DNA of 64,000 nt from an uncultured delta proteobacterium (lineage in GTDB: Bacteria; Myxococcota_A; Polyangia; Polyangiales; Polyangiaceae), in contig CAWJCS010000006.1 of assembly GCA_963841435.1 (NCBI GenBank), positions 1,024,001-1,088,000 of the forward strand, given 5' to 3'. The notes below the pieces were generated by a model. It made no database searches. It had not been told where the DNA came from and saw only the letters and a program-made list of their open reading frames with translations. Of the stretch, positions 47,142 through 57,035 are shown piece after piece (position 1 is the first letter of the stretch; the number at the start of each line of letters is the position of its first letter). The position numbers were made by a program, and so were the translations under genes.

Positions 47142-49114
47142 CCGAGCGAGCGCGAGCGGGGACGCGCCGAGCGGCGCTCGGCCGCAGCGACGGCGACGTT
47201 CGTCGCTTCGCGGCGCTCGTTCCGGCGCTCGCGCTCGGCGCGGCCGTGCTCGTCGCCGGGCTCGCGATGCTCGACGGCCCAGGCGCGCTCGTTTCGCCGG
47301 GTCCGCTCGCCCCCGCGCACCGCGCGCTCGGGTGCTCGGATTGCCACGCGGCGGGGCGCGCCGAGGCGAGCTGCGGCGGCTGCCATGGCGCCCACCCCTC
47401 GGAGCGCGCCGGCCACCGCGCCCTCGTCGCCGCGGGCAAGCTCGGCTGCAGGTCGTGCCACGCGGCTCACGACGGAGGGCGTGGCGTGCGGTTCGAGCCG
47501 GATGGGCGCGTCGTGTCGTACGGCGGGGCGCACGAGGTCGAGCTCGGCGAGCGCGGCGCAACGGGGCTCCGCGCCGCGCTCGCCGTGCCGTTCGTTCCCG
47601 CGCGCCGCTGCGAACGCTGCCACGACCTTGGCCGAGCGAGCGATGCGGCGGCGCACTGCGTGCTCCCCGGCTCCTCCCGCGACGAGCCCATCCTGTGCTT
47701 CGACGAGCATCGCGCTCCCGCGCGGGCGAGCGCGGCGACGCCGGCCGAGCGGGACGCGGTGCTCGAGCTCGCGCGGGCGGCGGCGCGCGTGGCGCCCGGC
47801 GCGCTCTCGGCGCGTATCCTGGGCGCGCACGGCGTGCTGCTTGCGGCGGCCCTGGCCGGCGCGCTCGCCTTGCTCGCGCGAGGTCGTCGTGCGCCCGTCC
47901 CGCGACCGGTCGTTTTCGAGCCGGGGGCGGCCCGCCGGTTGCCCGTGATCGATGCCACGCGCTGCCTCGGATGCCACGCCTGCGCCGACGCCTGTCCGTA
48001 CGAGGTGCTCGAGATCCGTCGCTACGTCGCGGTCGTCGCGCGCCCCGACGCCTGCACGGGCGCGGGCCCCTGCGAGGAACGCTGTCCGAACGGCTCGCTC
48101 ACGCTGGCGGAGCTCGTTTCAGAGGACGCGCGCCCGGCGGCGCCCGAAAGCACGCCGCTCGAGCGGGCCCCCGGCCTGTTCGTCGCAGGTGACGCCGCGG
48201 GCGGCGCGCTGATCGCGCGGGCGCTTTCCGATGGCGCAGCCGTCGCCGAGACCGTCGTCGCGCGACAAAGGAGCCTGTCCGGCGTCGGGCCCGCCGACGC
48301 CTTCGACCTGCTCGTCGTCGGGGCGGGCCCGGCGGGTCTCGAGGCGGCGCTCGGCGCCAATCGGCGCGGCGCCCGCGTGCTCGTGCTCGAGCAGGCGAGC
48401 ATCGCCGAGAGCATTCGGCGCTTCTCGCGCAAGAAGCTCGTACTGGATGCCGGCCCGCGTGGCAGGTCCCACGAGCTCTTCGCTGGCGACGTCGAAAAAG
48501 AGGAGCTGATCGAGCGCTGGCTGTACGGCGTGCGCGCGGCGCGGCTCGACGTGCGTGAAGGTTTGCGCGTCGTCGACGCGACGCGCGTCGCCGAGGGCGG
48601 CTTTTGCGTGCGCGCGGTTGACGGTGGGGGGAAAGGGCGGGCATTTGCGGCGCGTCTCGTGCTCGTTGCCGTGGGTCGCCGCGGCACGCCGAAGAAGCTC
48701 GCCGCTCCCGTCGCCGATGCCGCCGTCGGTCGCGTGCACTACGAGCTCGCCGACGCGCGCGCCTTCGCCGGGCAACGCGCGCTCGTGGTCGGGCTCGGCG
48801 ACGTCGCCATGGAGACGGCGCTCGCGCTCGCGGCGCAGCCGGGTACCGAGGTTACCGTCGTCCATCGTGGTCAGGGTTTCGGCCGTGGTCGAAGGCGCAA
48901 CGTCGAGGCGCTCTCCCGGCTCGTGGCGCGGGGCAGGGTGGGGCTCTTGCTCGCGGCTCGAGTCGTCGCCGTCGAGTCCGACCGCGTCCGCATCGACGCG
49001 AAAGGCGGGCCAGCCGCCCTCGCGTACGACGCGTTGTTCGTCGCCATCGGATCGATCCCGAACGATGTCCTCGTCACGAGCGATGGCGTTGCGTTCGGTA
49101 CGAAGAGCGGCTAA
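47138..49114 (+). CDS. Tetraheme cytochrome c + ferredoxin + FAD/NAD(P)H oxidoreductase fusion
   Basis: PGPLAPAH; CSDCH, CGGCH, CRSCH, CERCH; TM; CLGCHACADACP, CTGAGPCEERCP; GLFVAGD, VVGAGPAG, VVGLGDVA, HRGQGFGR. Confidence 0.88.
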   Translation: MTERARAGTRRAALGRSDGDVRRFAALVPALALGAAVLVAGLAMLDGPGALVSPGPLAPAHRALGCSDCHAAGRAEASCGGCHGAHPSERAGHRALVAAGKLGCRSCHAAHDGGRGVRFEPDGRVVSYGGAHEVELGERGATGLRAALAVPFVPARRCERCHDLGRASDAAAHCVLPGSSRDEPILCFDEHRAPARASAATPAERDAVLELARAAARVAPGALSARILGAHGVLLAAALAGALALLARGRRAPVPRPVVFEPGAARRLPVIDATRCLGCHACADACPYEVLEIRRYVAVVARPDACTGAGPCEERCPNGSLTLAELVSEDARPAAPESTPLERAPGLFVAGDAAGGALIARALSDGAAVAETVVARQRSLSGVGPADAFDLLVVGAGPAGLEAALGANRRGARVLVLEQASIAESIRRFSRKKLVLDAGPRGRSHELFAGDVEKEELIERWLYGVRAARLDVREGLRVVDATRVAEGGFCVRAVDGGGKGRAFAARLVLVAVGRRGTPKKLAAPVADAAVGRVHYELADARAFAGQRALVVGLGDVAMETALALAAQPGTEVTVVHRGQGFGRGRRRNVEALSRLVARGRVGLLLAARVVAVESDRVRIDAKGGPAALAYDALFVAIGSIPNDVLVTSDGVAFGTKSG

Positions 49115-49125
49115 CTCATCGTGCC

Positions 49126-50091
49126 ATGGGACTTGGAGCAGCCAGGAAGACGGTTCTTGTGGCAGGCGCCGCGGGCTTTCTCGGCTCGCACTTGGTCGAT
49201 CGCTTGCTCGACGAAGGCTACGAGGTCGTGGGCCTCGACAACCTGATGACGGGCGACCTCGTGAACCTGTCGCGCGCCGCGCGCGACCCGCATTTCCACT
49301 TCCAGGCCGGCGACGTGCGCGAGCCCATGCACGTCTACCCGCAGGTGATCTTCAACTTCGCCTGTCCGGCGTCCCCCAACCACTATCAGCACGATCCCTA
49401 CGCCACCTTCACGACGAGCGTGCTCGGCGCCCAGAACCTCATCCAGATGGCGCGTGGTCGCAGCTGCACGATCATCCATGCCTCGACCTCGGAGGTCTAC
49501 GGTGACCCGACGGTCCACCCGCAGACGGAAAACTACTGGGGCAACGTCAACCCGATCGGCGAACGCGCCTGCTACGACGAGGGCAAGCGCGGCGCCGAGA
49601 CGCTGCTCATGGACGCGAGCCGGGTCTGGAAGCTCGACACGCGCATCGTGCGCATCTTCAACACCTACGGTCCGCGCATGGCCTTCAACGATGGGCGCGT
49701 GGTCTCGAACTTCATCGTGCAGGCGCTCGAAAATCGGCCCGTCACGCTGTTCGGCGAGGGCAAGCAGACGCGCTCTTTCTGCTTCGTCAACGACCTCATC
49801 GAGGGCTTCGTGCGCGTCTCGCGGCTCGACCGGCTCGACGGACCGATGAATCTCGGCAACCCCGAGGAATTCACGATCGTCGAGCTCGCCAACGAGGTCA
49901 TTCGCCTGACGGGCTCCCGGTCGACCCTCGAGTTTCGGCCCTTGCCCGCCGATGACCCCAAGCAGCGCCGTCCAGACATCGGCAAGGCGCGGAGCCTGAT
50001 CCAGTTCGAGCCCAACATCGAGCTTGCCCAGGGGCTCGAGCGCACCATCAAGGACTTCAAGGAGCGCCTGACCGAACGCCGCCCCACATGA
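49126..50091 (+). CDS. UDP-glucuronate decarboxylase (UDP-xylose synthase)-like extended SDR
   Basis: GAAGFLGSH, ACPASP, ASTSEVYGDP, YWGNVNPIG.R.CYDEGKR, RIFNTYGP, DDPKQR.PDI. Confidence 0.93.
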   Translation: MGLGAARKTVLVAGAAGFLGSHLVDRLLDEGYEVVGLDNLMTGDLVNLSRAARDPHFHFQAGDVREPMHVYPQVIFNFACPASPNHYQHDPYATFTTSVLGAQNLIQMARGRSCTIIHASTSEVYGDPTVHPQTENYWGNVNPIGERACYDEGKRGAETLLMDASRVWKLDTRIVRIFNTYGPRMAFNDGRVVSNFIVQALENRPVTLFGEGKQTRSFCFVNDLIEGFVRVSRLDRLDGPMNLGNPEEFTIVELANEVIRLTGSRSTLEFRPLPADDPKQRRPDIGKARSLIQFEPNIELAQGLERTIKDFKERLTERRPT

Positions 50092-50573
50092 GGCGTCGGC
50101 TCGTCATCGGCGCGCTCGAGCCCGTCAACATTCCGGCCTGGGGCGTGTTCGGAATCGACGCACGCGTCGATACGGGGGCGCTCACGAGCGCGCTGCACGT
50201 CGAGAACCTGCGTGAGCTCGGCGGGGGGCGCGTGGCGTTCGACGTGCGCGTGAAGGCTCGCGGCAGGGGAGCGACGACGGGCGTCGTCGCGACGGTGGCG
50301 CGCCGCGGTCGGGTGCGCTCGTCGAACGGCGGACTCTCCGTTCGCTTGTTCGTCGCCGCGCGCGTGCAGCTTGGCCCCGTGCTCCGGCGCGTCGAGGTCG
50401 GGCTCGTCGACCGCCGGAGCATGACGTACCGCATGTTGCTGGGGCGAACGGCCCTCGCCGGCTACTTTCTCGTCGACCCCGCCGCGGAGCGAACGCTCGC
50501 TAGCCGTCGCCCGAAACCAGCGCCCGCGTCGCTCAGAAAGCGAGCTTTGACGCGCCGACCTGGTTCCGCTTGA
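50088..50573 (+). CDS. RimK-associated retropepsin-like protease (DUF785/RimB type)
   Basis: ARVDTGALTSALH, VRSSNG, DRRSMTYRMLLGR. Confidence 0.85.
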   Translation: MRRRLVIGALEPVNIPAWGVFGIDARVDTGALTSALHVENLRELGGGRVAFDVRVKARGRGATTGVVATVARRGRVRSSNGGLSVRLFVAARVQLGPVLRRVEVGLVDRRSMTYRMLLGRTALAGYFLVDPAAERTLASRRPKPAPASLRKRALTRRPGSA

Positions 50574-52002
50574 GCGAGGCCTTGTCGCGCTCCGCTCGCT
50601 CGTCGGCCGCGATGCTCGCGGGCGGCTCGGCAAAGCCTTCGCGCGCGGCGTCGAGCGCTTCGAGCTGCCGGTCGAAGCGGCGCCCGAGCGCAGCGACCTC
50701 GCCCTTCGGTGCGGCGGCGACGGCCGCAGCGCGGCTCTGTTGGACCTCGGCGGCCTTCTGGGCGACGCGCCGGCGAGCGCCTTCGCTATCGCCCTTGCGG
50801 AACAGCTCGTTGGCGTCGGTGAGGGCGACGGTGGTGGTGCTGCGAGCGACGCGTTCCTCGACGAGCGGATCGATGCGCGAGCGCGAGCCGTCGCTCGTGA
50901 ACGCCACGAACAGGCGACCATCGCAGGTCGCGTCGTGACCATCCCTGAGATCGGTGTAGTCGAGGTGGGCGTTCAGAACTTCGCGGTCGCCGGGCGCGCC
51001 GCCGTCCACGCGCAAACGCGCGAGCAGCGTCCGCTCCTCGCCGGCCGACATGATGCCGAGGTCGACGACGACGCGCGAGCCCTCTCGCCGGAAGCTGCGG
51101 TCCGCGACGTCCAAGAGCTCGACGCCGGGCGCGAGCTCGAGCGAGAGTGACACGTCGCGCGCGACCGAGCGCTCGAGCCCTCCGAGCTCGCGCTCGAACA
51201 CGCCGGCCAGGCCCGCCGGGCCCTCGACGAAGTGGTGGTTGCCGTTGGTATTGGCGGCGATCGCCGCCATCATCTGCTCGTTGTAGTCGACGCCGAGCCC
51301 GATCGTGCTGATCGTCGCGCCCGCCGCGCGGACCCGCTCGGTGAAGCGTCGCATGCCGTTCACGCTGGTTTCGCCGCGCGTCGCCTGCCCGTCGGAGAGC
51401 AAAAGGACGCGGCTCACGAACCCCGCGCGCTCCCGCAAGAGGTCGGCGCTCTCTTCGAGCGCACACGAAATGCACGTGTCGCCGCCCGACGTGATGCCGG
51501 AGAGCGCCCGCTCGACGCGCTCGCGGCTCGAGGCGTCAACCGTGGTCGGCGACACGAGCACGCGCGCGGTCGTCTGGTAGTCGATGACGCTCACGAGGTC
51601 GCCATCGCGGAGCTTATGCGTGGCGCGCTTGGCCGCGTCGATGGCGTCGTCGAGCTTCTTGCCCTCCATCGAGCCCGAACGGTCGATGAGGATCGAAAGG
51701 TGCCGGTGCGACTCGCGCCCGATGGCGGAGCGGTCCGCTCGAACGGCGATGAAGGCGAATTCTTCCTGCTCGCTGCCGGCCGGCAGGCGCGCGTGCCCGA
51801 GCCGCCCCTCGATGCGCAGAAGATCGCCCCCCTCGAACACCGGGCCGCGGGTGCTGGTCGGGACGAGCGGACGATCGGGACGGCGGGGTGCGGTGCGTTC
51901 CGAGCCCACCGAGCGTTCGGGTCGAGCCGAAAGCGAGCGGACGCCGAGGCTCGTGACCAACATTCCCAGGGCGGCGAGCGCCCCCACGGTGCGAATTTTC
52001 AT
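50533..52002 (-). CDS. von Willebrand factor A domain protein
   Basis: MIDAS DRSGSM, GGDT, LLSDGQA, TIGLGVDYNE; N-terminal signal; SD GGGAG. Confidence 0.88.
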   Translation of the reverse strand: MKIRTVGALAALGMLVTSLGVRSLSARPERSVGSERTAPRRPDRPLVPTSTRGPVFEGGDLLRIEGRLGHARLPAGSEQEEFAFIAVRADRSAIGRESHRHLSILIDRSGSMEGKKLDDAIDAAKRATHKLRDGDLVSVIDYQTTARVLVSPTTVDASSRERVERALSGITSGGDTCISCALEESADLLRERAGFVSRVLLLSDGQATRGETSVNGMRRFTERVRAAGATISTIGLGVDYNEQMMAAIAANTNGNHHFVEGPAGLAGVFERELGGLERSVARDVSLSLELAPGVELLDVADRSFRREGSRVVVDLGIMSAGEERTLLARLRVDGGAPGDREVLNAHLDYTDLRDGHDATCDGRLFVAFTSDGSRSRIDPLVEERVARSTTTVALTDANELFRKGDSEGARRRVAQKAAEVQQSRAAAVAAAPKGEVAALGRRFDRQLEALDAAREGFAEPPASIAADERAERDKASLKRNQVGASKLAF

Positions 52003-52181
52003 GGCTGTCTCCCGAGAACGCTCGACGGGCGAAAGGCTTACAGCCGACCCGAAGCGGCCGGATTTCTGTATCGTCGAGCGGAGCTTCCCTACGCGCGACG
52101 CTGGCGGAGGATCTGGCCCCTGTCCTCGGGCCCGAGGCAAAAGAGACCTTCGAGTCTTTTGAGGACGCCCCGAGCTCTTCG

Positions 52182-52667
52182 ATGAACCCCGCCAATCACC
52201 CCGACTTCTTTCGTCGCCCGCCCCCCGAGGGGCGTTCGCGTGAGAGCACCATCCGGCTCGACCGCGAGGGGCGCTTCTTTCACGACGGCGAGCCGGTCAC
52301 ACATCCCCGCATGGCGCGCGCCTTCGCGGGCTGGATCGGGCGCCACCCCGACGACGACCGCTACGTGCTCTCGAACGGGTGGGACTGGACCTACATCACC
52401 GTCGAGGACGCGCCCTACGTCGTCGAAGGCATCCAGAAAACAGAGGCTGGGCTCCTCCTTCGACTCTTCGATGGCAGTGAAGAGCTGCTCCGGCCCGAGG
52501 CGCTCAGGCTCGACCCCGAGGGGCGGCTGCGCACCGCCGTGAAGGGGGGCGCTTTCGAGGCGGTGTTCTCGCGGAGCGCGCAGCTTGCCATCGAGCCGTC
52601 TCTCGAGGAGGGCTCCGACGGGCGCCCGCTCCTCTCGATTCTAGGCGTACGGTACGAGCTTCGTTGA
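52182..52667 (+). CDS. DUF1285-family protein
   Basis: IRLDREGRFFHDGEPVTHP, YITVEDAPYVV, AVFSRSAQ. Confidence 0.75.
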   Translation: MNPANHPDFFRRPPPEGRSRESTIRLDREGRFFHDGEPVTHPRMARAFAGWIGRHPDDDRYVLSNGWDWTYITVEDAPYVVEGIQKTEAGLLLRLFDGSEELLRPEALRLDPEGRLRTAVKGGAFEAVFSRSAQLAIEPSLEEGSDGRPLLSILGVRYELR

Positions 52668-52736
52668 GCGGCTTCTGGCCTTCCGGCCGCTTCCTCGCGG
52701 ACGATCCACCAAAGTGGTGCTAGAAGGGCCGCCCTC

Positions 52737-53948
52737 ATGCGTGTGCTCGTCGTAGATCGGCTGTCCGAGGACGCCCTCGATGAAATGCGTGCGCTCGGCG
52801 TCGAGGTCGAATATGCGCCCGAGGTCACGGCTCCCGAGCTGCCCTCCCGTCTGGCCGGCGTGAACGTGCTCGTCGTGCGGGGGACCGAGGTCCACGCGGA
52901 AGCCCTTTCTGCGGGCAAGGCGCTCACGCTCGTGATTCGCGCCGGCGCCGGCACGCGCACCATCGACGTGGCCCACGCGAGCCAGCGTGGCATCTACGTG
53001 GCGTGCACGCCGGGCCGCAACGCACGGGCCGTCGCCGAGCTCACCTTCACGCTGATCGGCTGCCTCGATCGGCGCGTGTCCGACGCCTGGGTGGCGCTCA
53101 AGGCCGGACGCTGGGAAAAAGACGAGTACGCGCGCGCCGTCGGCCTCGAGGGTCGCACGCTCGGCATCCTCGGCCTCGGGCACGTGGGCCGCGCCGTCCT
53201 CAGGATGGGGCAGGCCTTCGCGATGCAGCCCATCGCCTACGGGCGCTCGCTCACGGCGGCCCGCGCGAGCGAGCTCGGCGTCAAGCGGATCTCGTCCGTG
53301 GTCGAGCTGGCGCGCCAGTCCGACGTTTTCACCGTGCATCTCGAGCTGGGCGACCGCACGCGCGGCATCGTGGATCGCCGCGTGATCGAGGCCCTTCCTG
53401 ACGGGGCCCTTTTCGTAAACACGGCACGACCGGAGCTCGTCGATTACGACGCGCTCGTCGAGCTCGCCCCCAAAAAGGGCCTGCGCCTGGGGCTCGATGT
53501 GCTGCCCAACGAGCCCCGGGAGCGCACCTCCATCTATGATCATCCGATCTTGCGTGCCGGCGTGGTCGTGGCGACACCCCACATCGGCGCCTCGACCGAT
53601 CGCGCCCAGACCGAGATCGCCAACGAAACCGTGCGCATCTTGAGGAGCTTCGTCACGATGGGCGACGTGCGGAACGTCGTGAACATCGCGGAGGGGTCAT
53701 GGTCGCGTTACCAGCTCCTGGTTCGCCACGTCGATCAGGTGGGCGCGCTCGCGAGCGTGCTCGCCGTGCTGAAGCGTCACGGCATCCACATCACCGCGCT
53801 CGACAACACCGTGTTCGATGGAGGCCGCGCCGCGTGCGCCAAGATCCGCCTCGAGGCACGCCCTTCGGAAGCCTGCTTGCAGGAGATCATGGCGTTCAGC
53901 GACGAGATTTTGCACGTCGATCTCATGACGCTGCCGAACGTCGCCTGA
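52737..53948 (+). CDS. serA: D-3-phosphoglycerate dehydrogenase-like protein with ACT domain
   Basis: RAGAG...IDV, NARAVAE, GLGHVG, NTAR, TPHIGAST; C-terminal ACT domain. Confidence 0.8.
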   Translation: MRVLVVDRLSEDALDEMRALGVEVEYAPEVTAPELPSRLAGVNVLVVRGTEVHAEALSAGKALTLVIRAGAGTRTIDVAHASQRGIYVACTPGRNARAVAELTFTLIGCLDRRVSDAWVALKAGRWEKDEYARAVGLEGRTLGILGLGHVGRAVLRMGQAFAMQPIAYGRSLTAARASELGVKRISSVVELARQSDVFTVHLELGDRTRGIVDRRVIEALPDGALFVNTARPELVDYDALVELAPKKGLRLGLDVLPNEPRERTSIYDHPILRAGVVVATPHIGASTDRAQTEIANETVRILRSFVTMGDVRNVVNIAEGSWSRYQLLVRHVDQVGALASVLAVLKRHGIHITALDNTVFDGGRAACAKIRLEARPSEACLQEIMAFSDEILHVDLMTLPNVA

Positions 53949-54039
53949 GGCGCTTCGGACCCGGATTTTGTGCCAGCTTGCCGCCGCCGCCCGCCGCTTC
54001 ACGACGAAAAGCAAAGCATATCATAGACTTACGTTCTCT

Positions 54040-54068
54040 TTGCAAGGCGCCCGACACGCGGCTAAAAT
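54040..54068 (+). promoter_or_regulatory. Sigma-70 promoter of the rimP-nusA-infB operon
   Basis: TTGCAA (54040-54045), 17-nt spacer, TAAAAT (54063-54068). Confidence 0.8.
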
Positions 54069-54098
54069 GCGCGCGCCCTCTTCAGGGTGGATCCACAT

Positions 54099-54124
54099 GG
54101 ACCCGTCGCGCGGGTCTTTTTTTT
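54099..54124 (+). terminator. Leader terminator/attenuator (rimP-leader-like)
   Basis: GGACCCG-tcgcg-CGGGTCT stem with a T8 run, between the promoter and rimP. Confidence 0.72.
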
Positions 54125-54189
54125 GTCCACGGCCTCCAACGCCCCCGCGGGGGGCAGCGCTTCGCGAGAACCGACGTAATACCCGACCG

Positions 54190-54773
54190 ATGAGAATCGC
54201 ACACGAAAAGCTGATGGGACTCGATCGCGAGTGCGTGGTCGGCGCGCTCGGTCCCGTCCTTGCCGCGCATGCGGTGGACTGCGTCGAGCTCGTGTGGCGT
54301 TCGGATCGGGGAGAGCGCGTCCTCGAGGTGACGGTCGAGAAGCCCGGCACGCGGGAGCCCGGAGCCGGGGTCACGCTCGACCTCCTGAGCGACGTGTCGC
54401 GCGATCTTTCGGCCGCGCTCGACGTGGCGGACTGCATCGCCCAGCACTATCGGCTCGAGGTCGGGTCGCCAGGGCTCGAGCGGACGCTCTACGGCGAGGC
54501 CGATTTCCGTCGTTTTTCCGGGCAGCTCGCGCGGTTCAAGCTGAAGGTCCCCCAGCGCGGGCAGTACGTGCTCGTCGGGCGGCTCGCGGGCGTCGGCGAC
54601 GACGCTACGGTTGGGCTCGAGATCGGCACCGAGACGCTGCAGGTGCCGCTCGGCTGCGTCGAAGCGGCCCGCCTCGTTTTCGAATGGCAAAAAGGTGAAC
54701 CTCGCCGAGCGCGGCCCCGCCGCACGAGCGAGCACGCGCGGCATCCCCGCGCTCGGAATGGAAAAGGTGAGTG

Positions 54774-54774
<1 letters not shown>
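54190..54774 (+). CDS. rimP: Ribosome maturation factor RimP
   Basis: GVTLD...VSR.LS..LD, YRLEVGSPGLER.L, ARLVFEW; position before nusA. Confidence 0.92.
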
Positions 54775-56425
<1,651 letters not shown>

Positions 56426-56429
<4 letters not shown>

Positions 56430-57035
56430 CCACGACCCGAACCTGTGTCGGCTGCCAAGAGGCACGAGCGCCCGACGCGCTCGTGCGACTCATCCTCGGA
56501 CCGGATGGCGAGCTCGTCGTCGATCCGCCGGGTGGGCTCGGGGGGCGTGGCGCGTGGCTGCACCCCCGGGTCGACTGCGTCAAGCGCGCCGTGCCGCGCG
56601 GGCTCGCGCGCGCCTTGCGCGGCGAGATCGAAGAGCTCGCGGGAGGCGGTCGCGGAGCGGCTGCGCGCTGCGGGGGCACGGCGCCTGGGCGGCCTGCTCG
56701 CGGCGGCCCGTGGTGCCAACCGACTCGCCGTGGGCACCGACGCCGTCGAGGACAGCCTCGCGCGGGGGAAGGCTTGCTTCGTGCTCGTCGCTCGCGACTC
56801 GCGCTCCGGCGCGAACTCCCACCGCATCGCCGAGGCGCTCTCGAGCGATCGTGCTCTCGTCGTGCTCGACAAAGCCGAGCTCGGACGCAGGGTCGGTCGC
56901 AACGAGGCAGGCGTCGTCGCGGCGCTCGAGCCTGGGCTCGGCGCTGCGCTGCGCCTGGCGGCGGAGCTTTCGAGCTACGGTGAGGTCCGCACCCTACCGG
57001 CGGGCCGCGATGCCGTGACGAAGGAGGCTTCATGA
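56426..57035 (+). CDS. ylxR: YlxR (DUF448)-YlxQ (L7Ae-like) fusion; +1 frameshift near 56630
   Basis: RTCVGC...LVRL...GRGAWL...C in the first frame; LLAAARGANRLAVG.DAV...ARD...DKAELGRRVGR in the next frame. Confidence 0.8.

Noticed and set aside
47963-47977. CLGCH as a fifth heme-c site
   Set aside because: It is part of the CxxCxxCxxxCP ferredoxin motif on the predicted cytoplasmic side.
53949-54189. tRNA (metY-like) upstream of rimP
   Set aside because: No cloverleaf or T-loop motif is recognisable.
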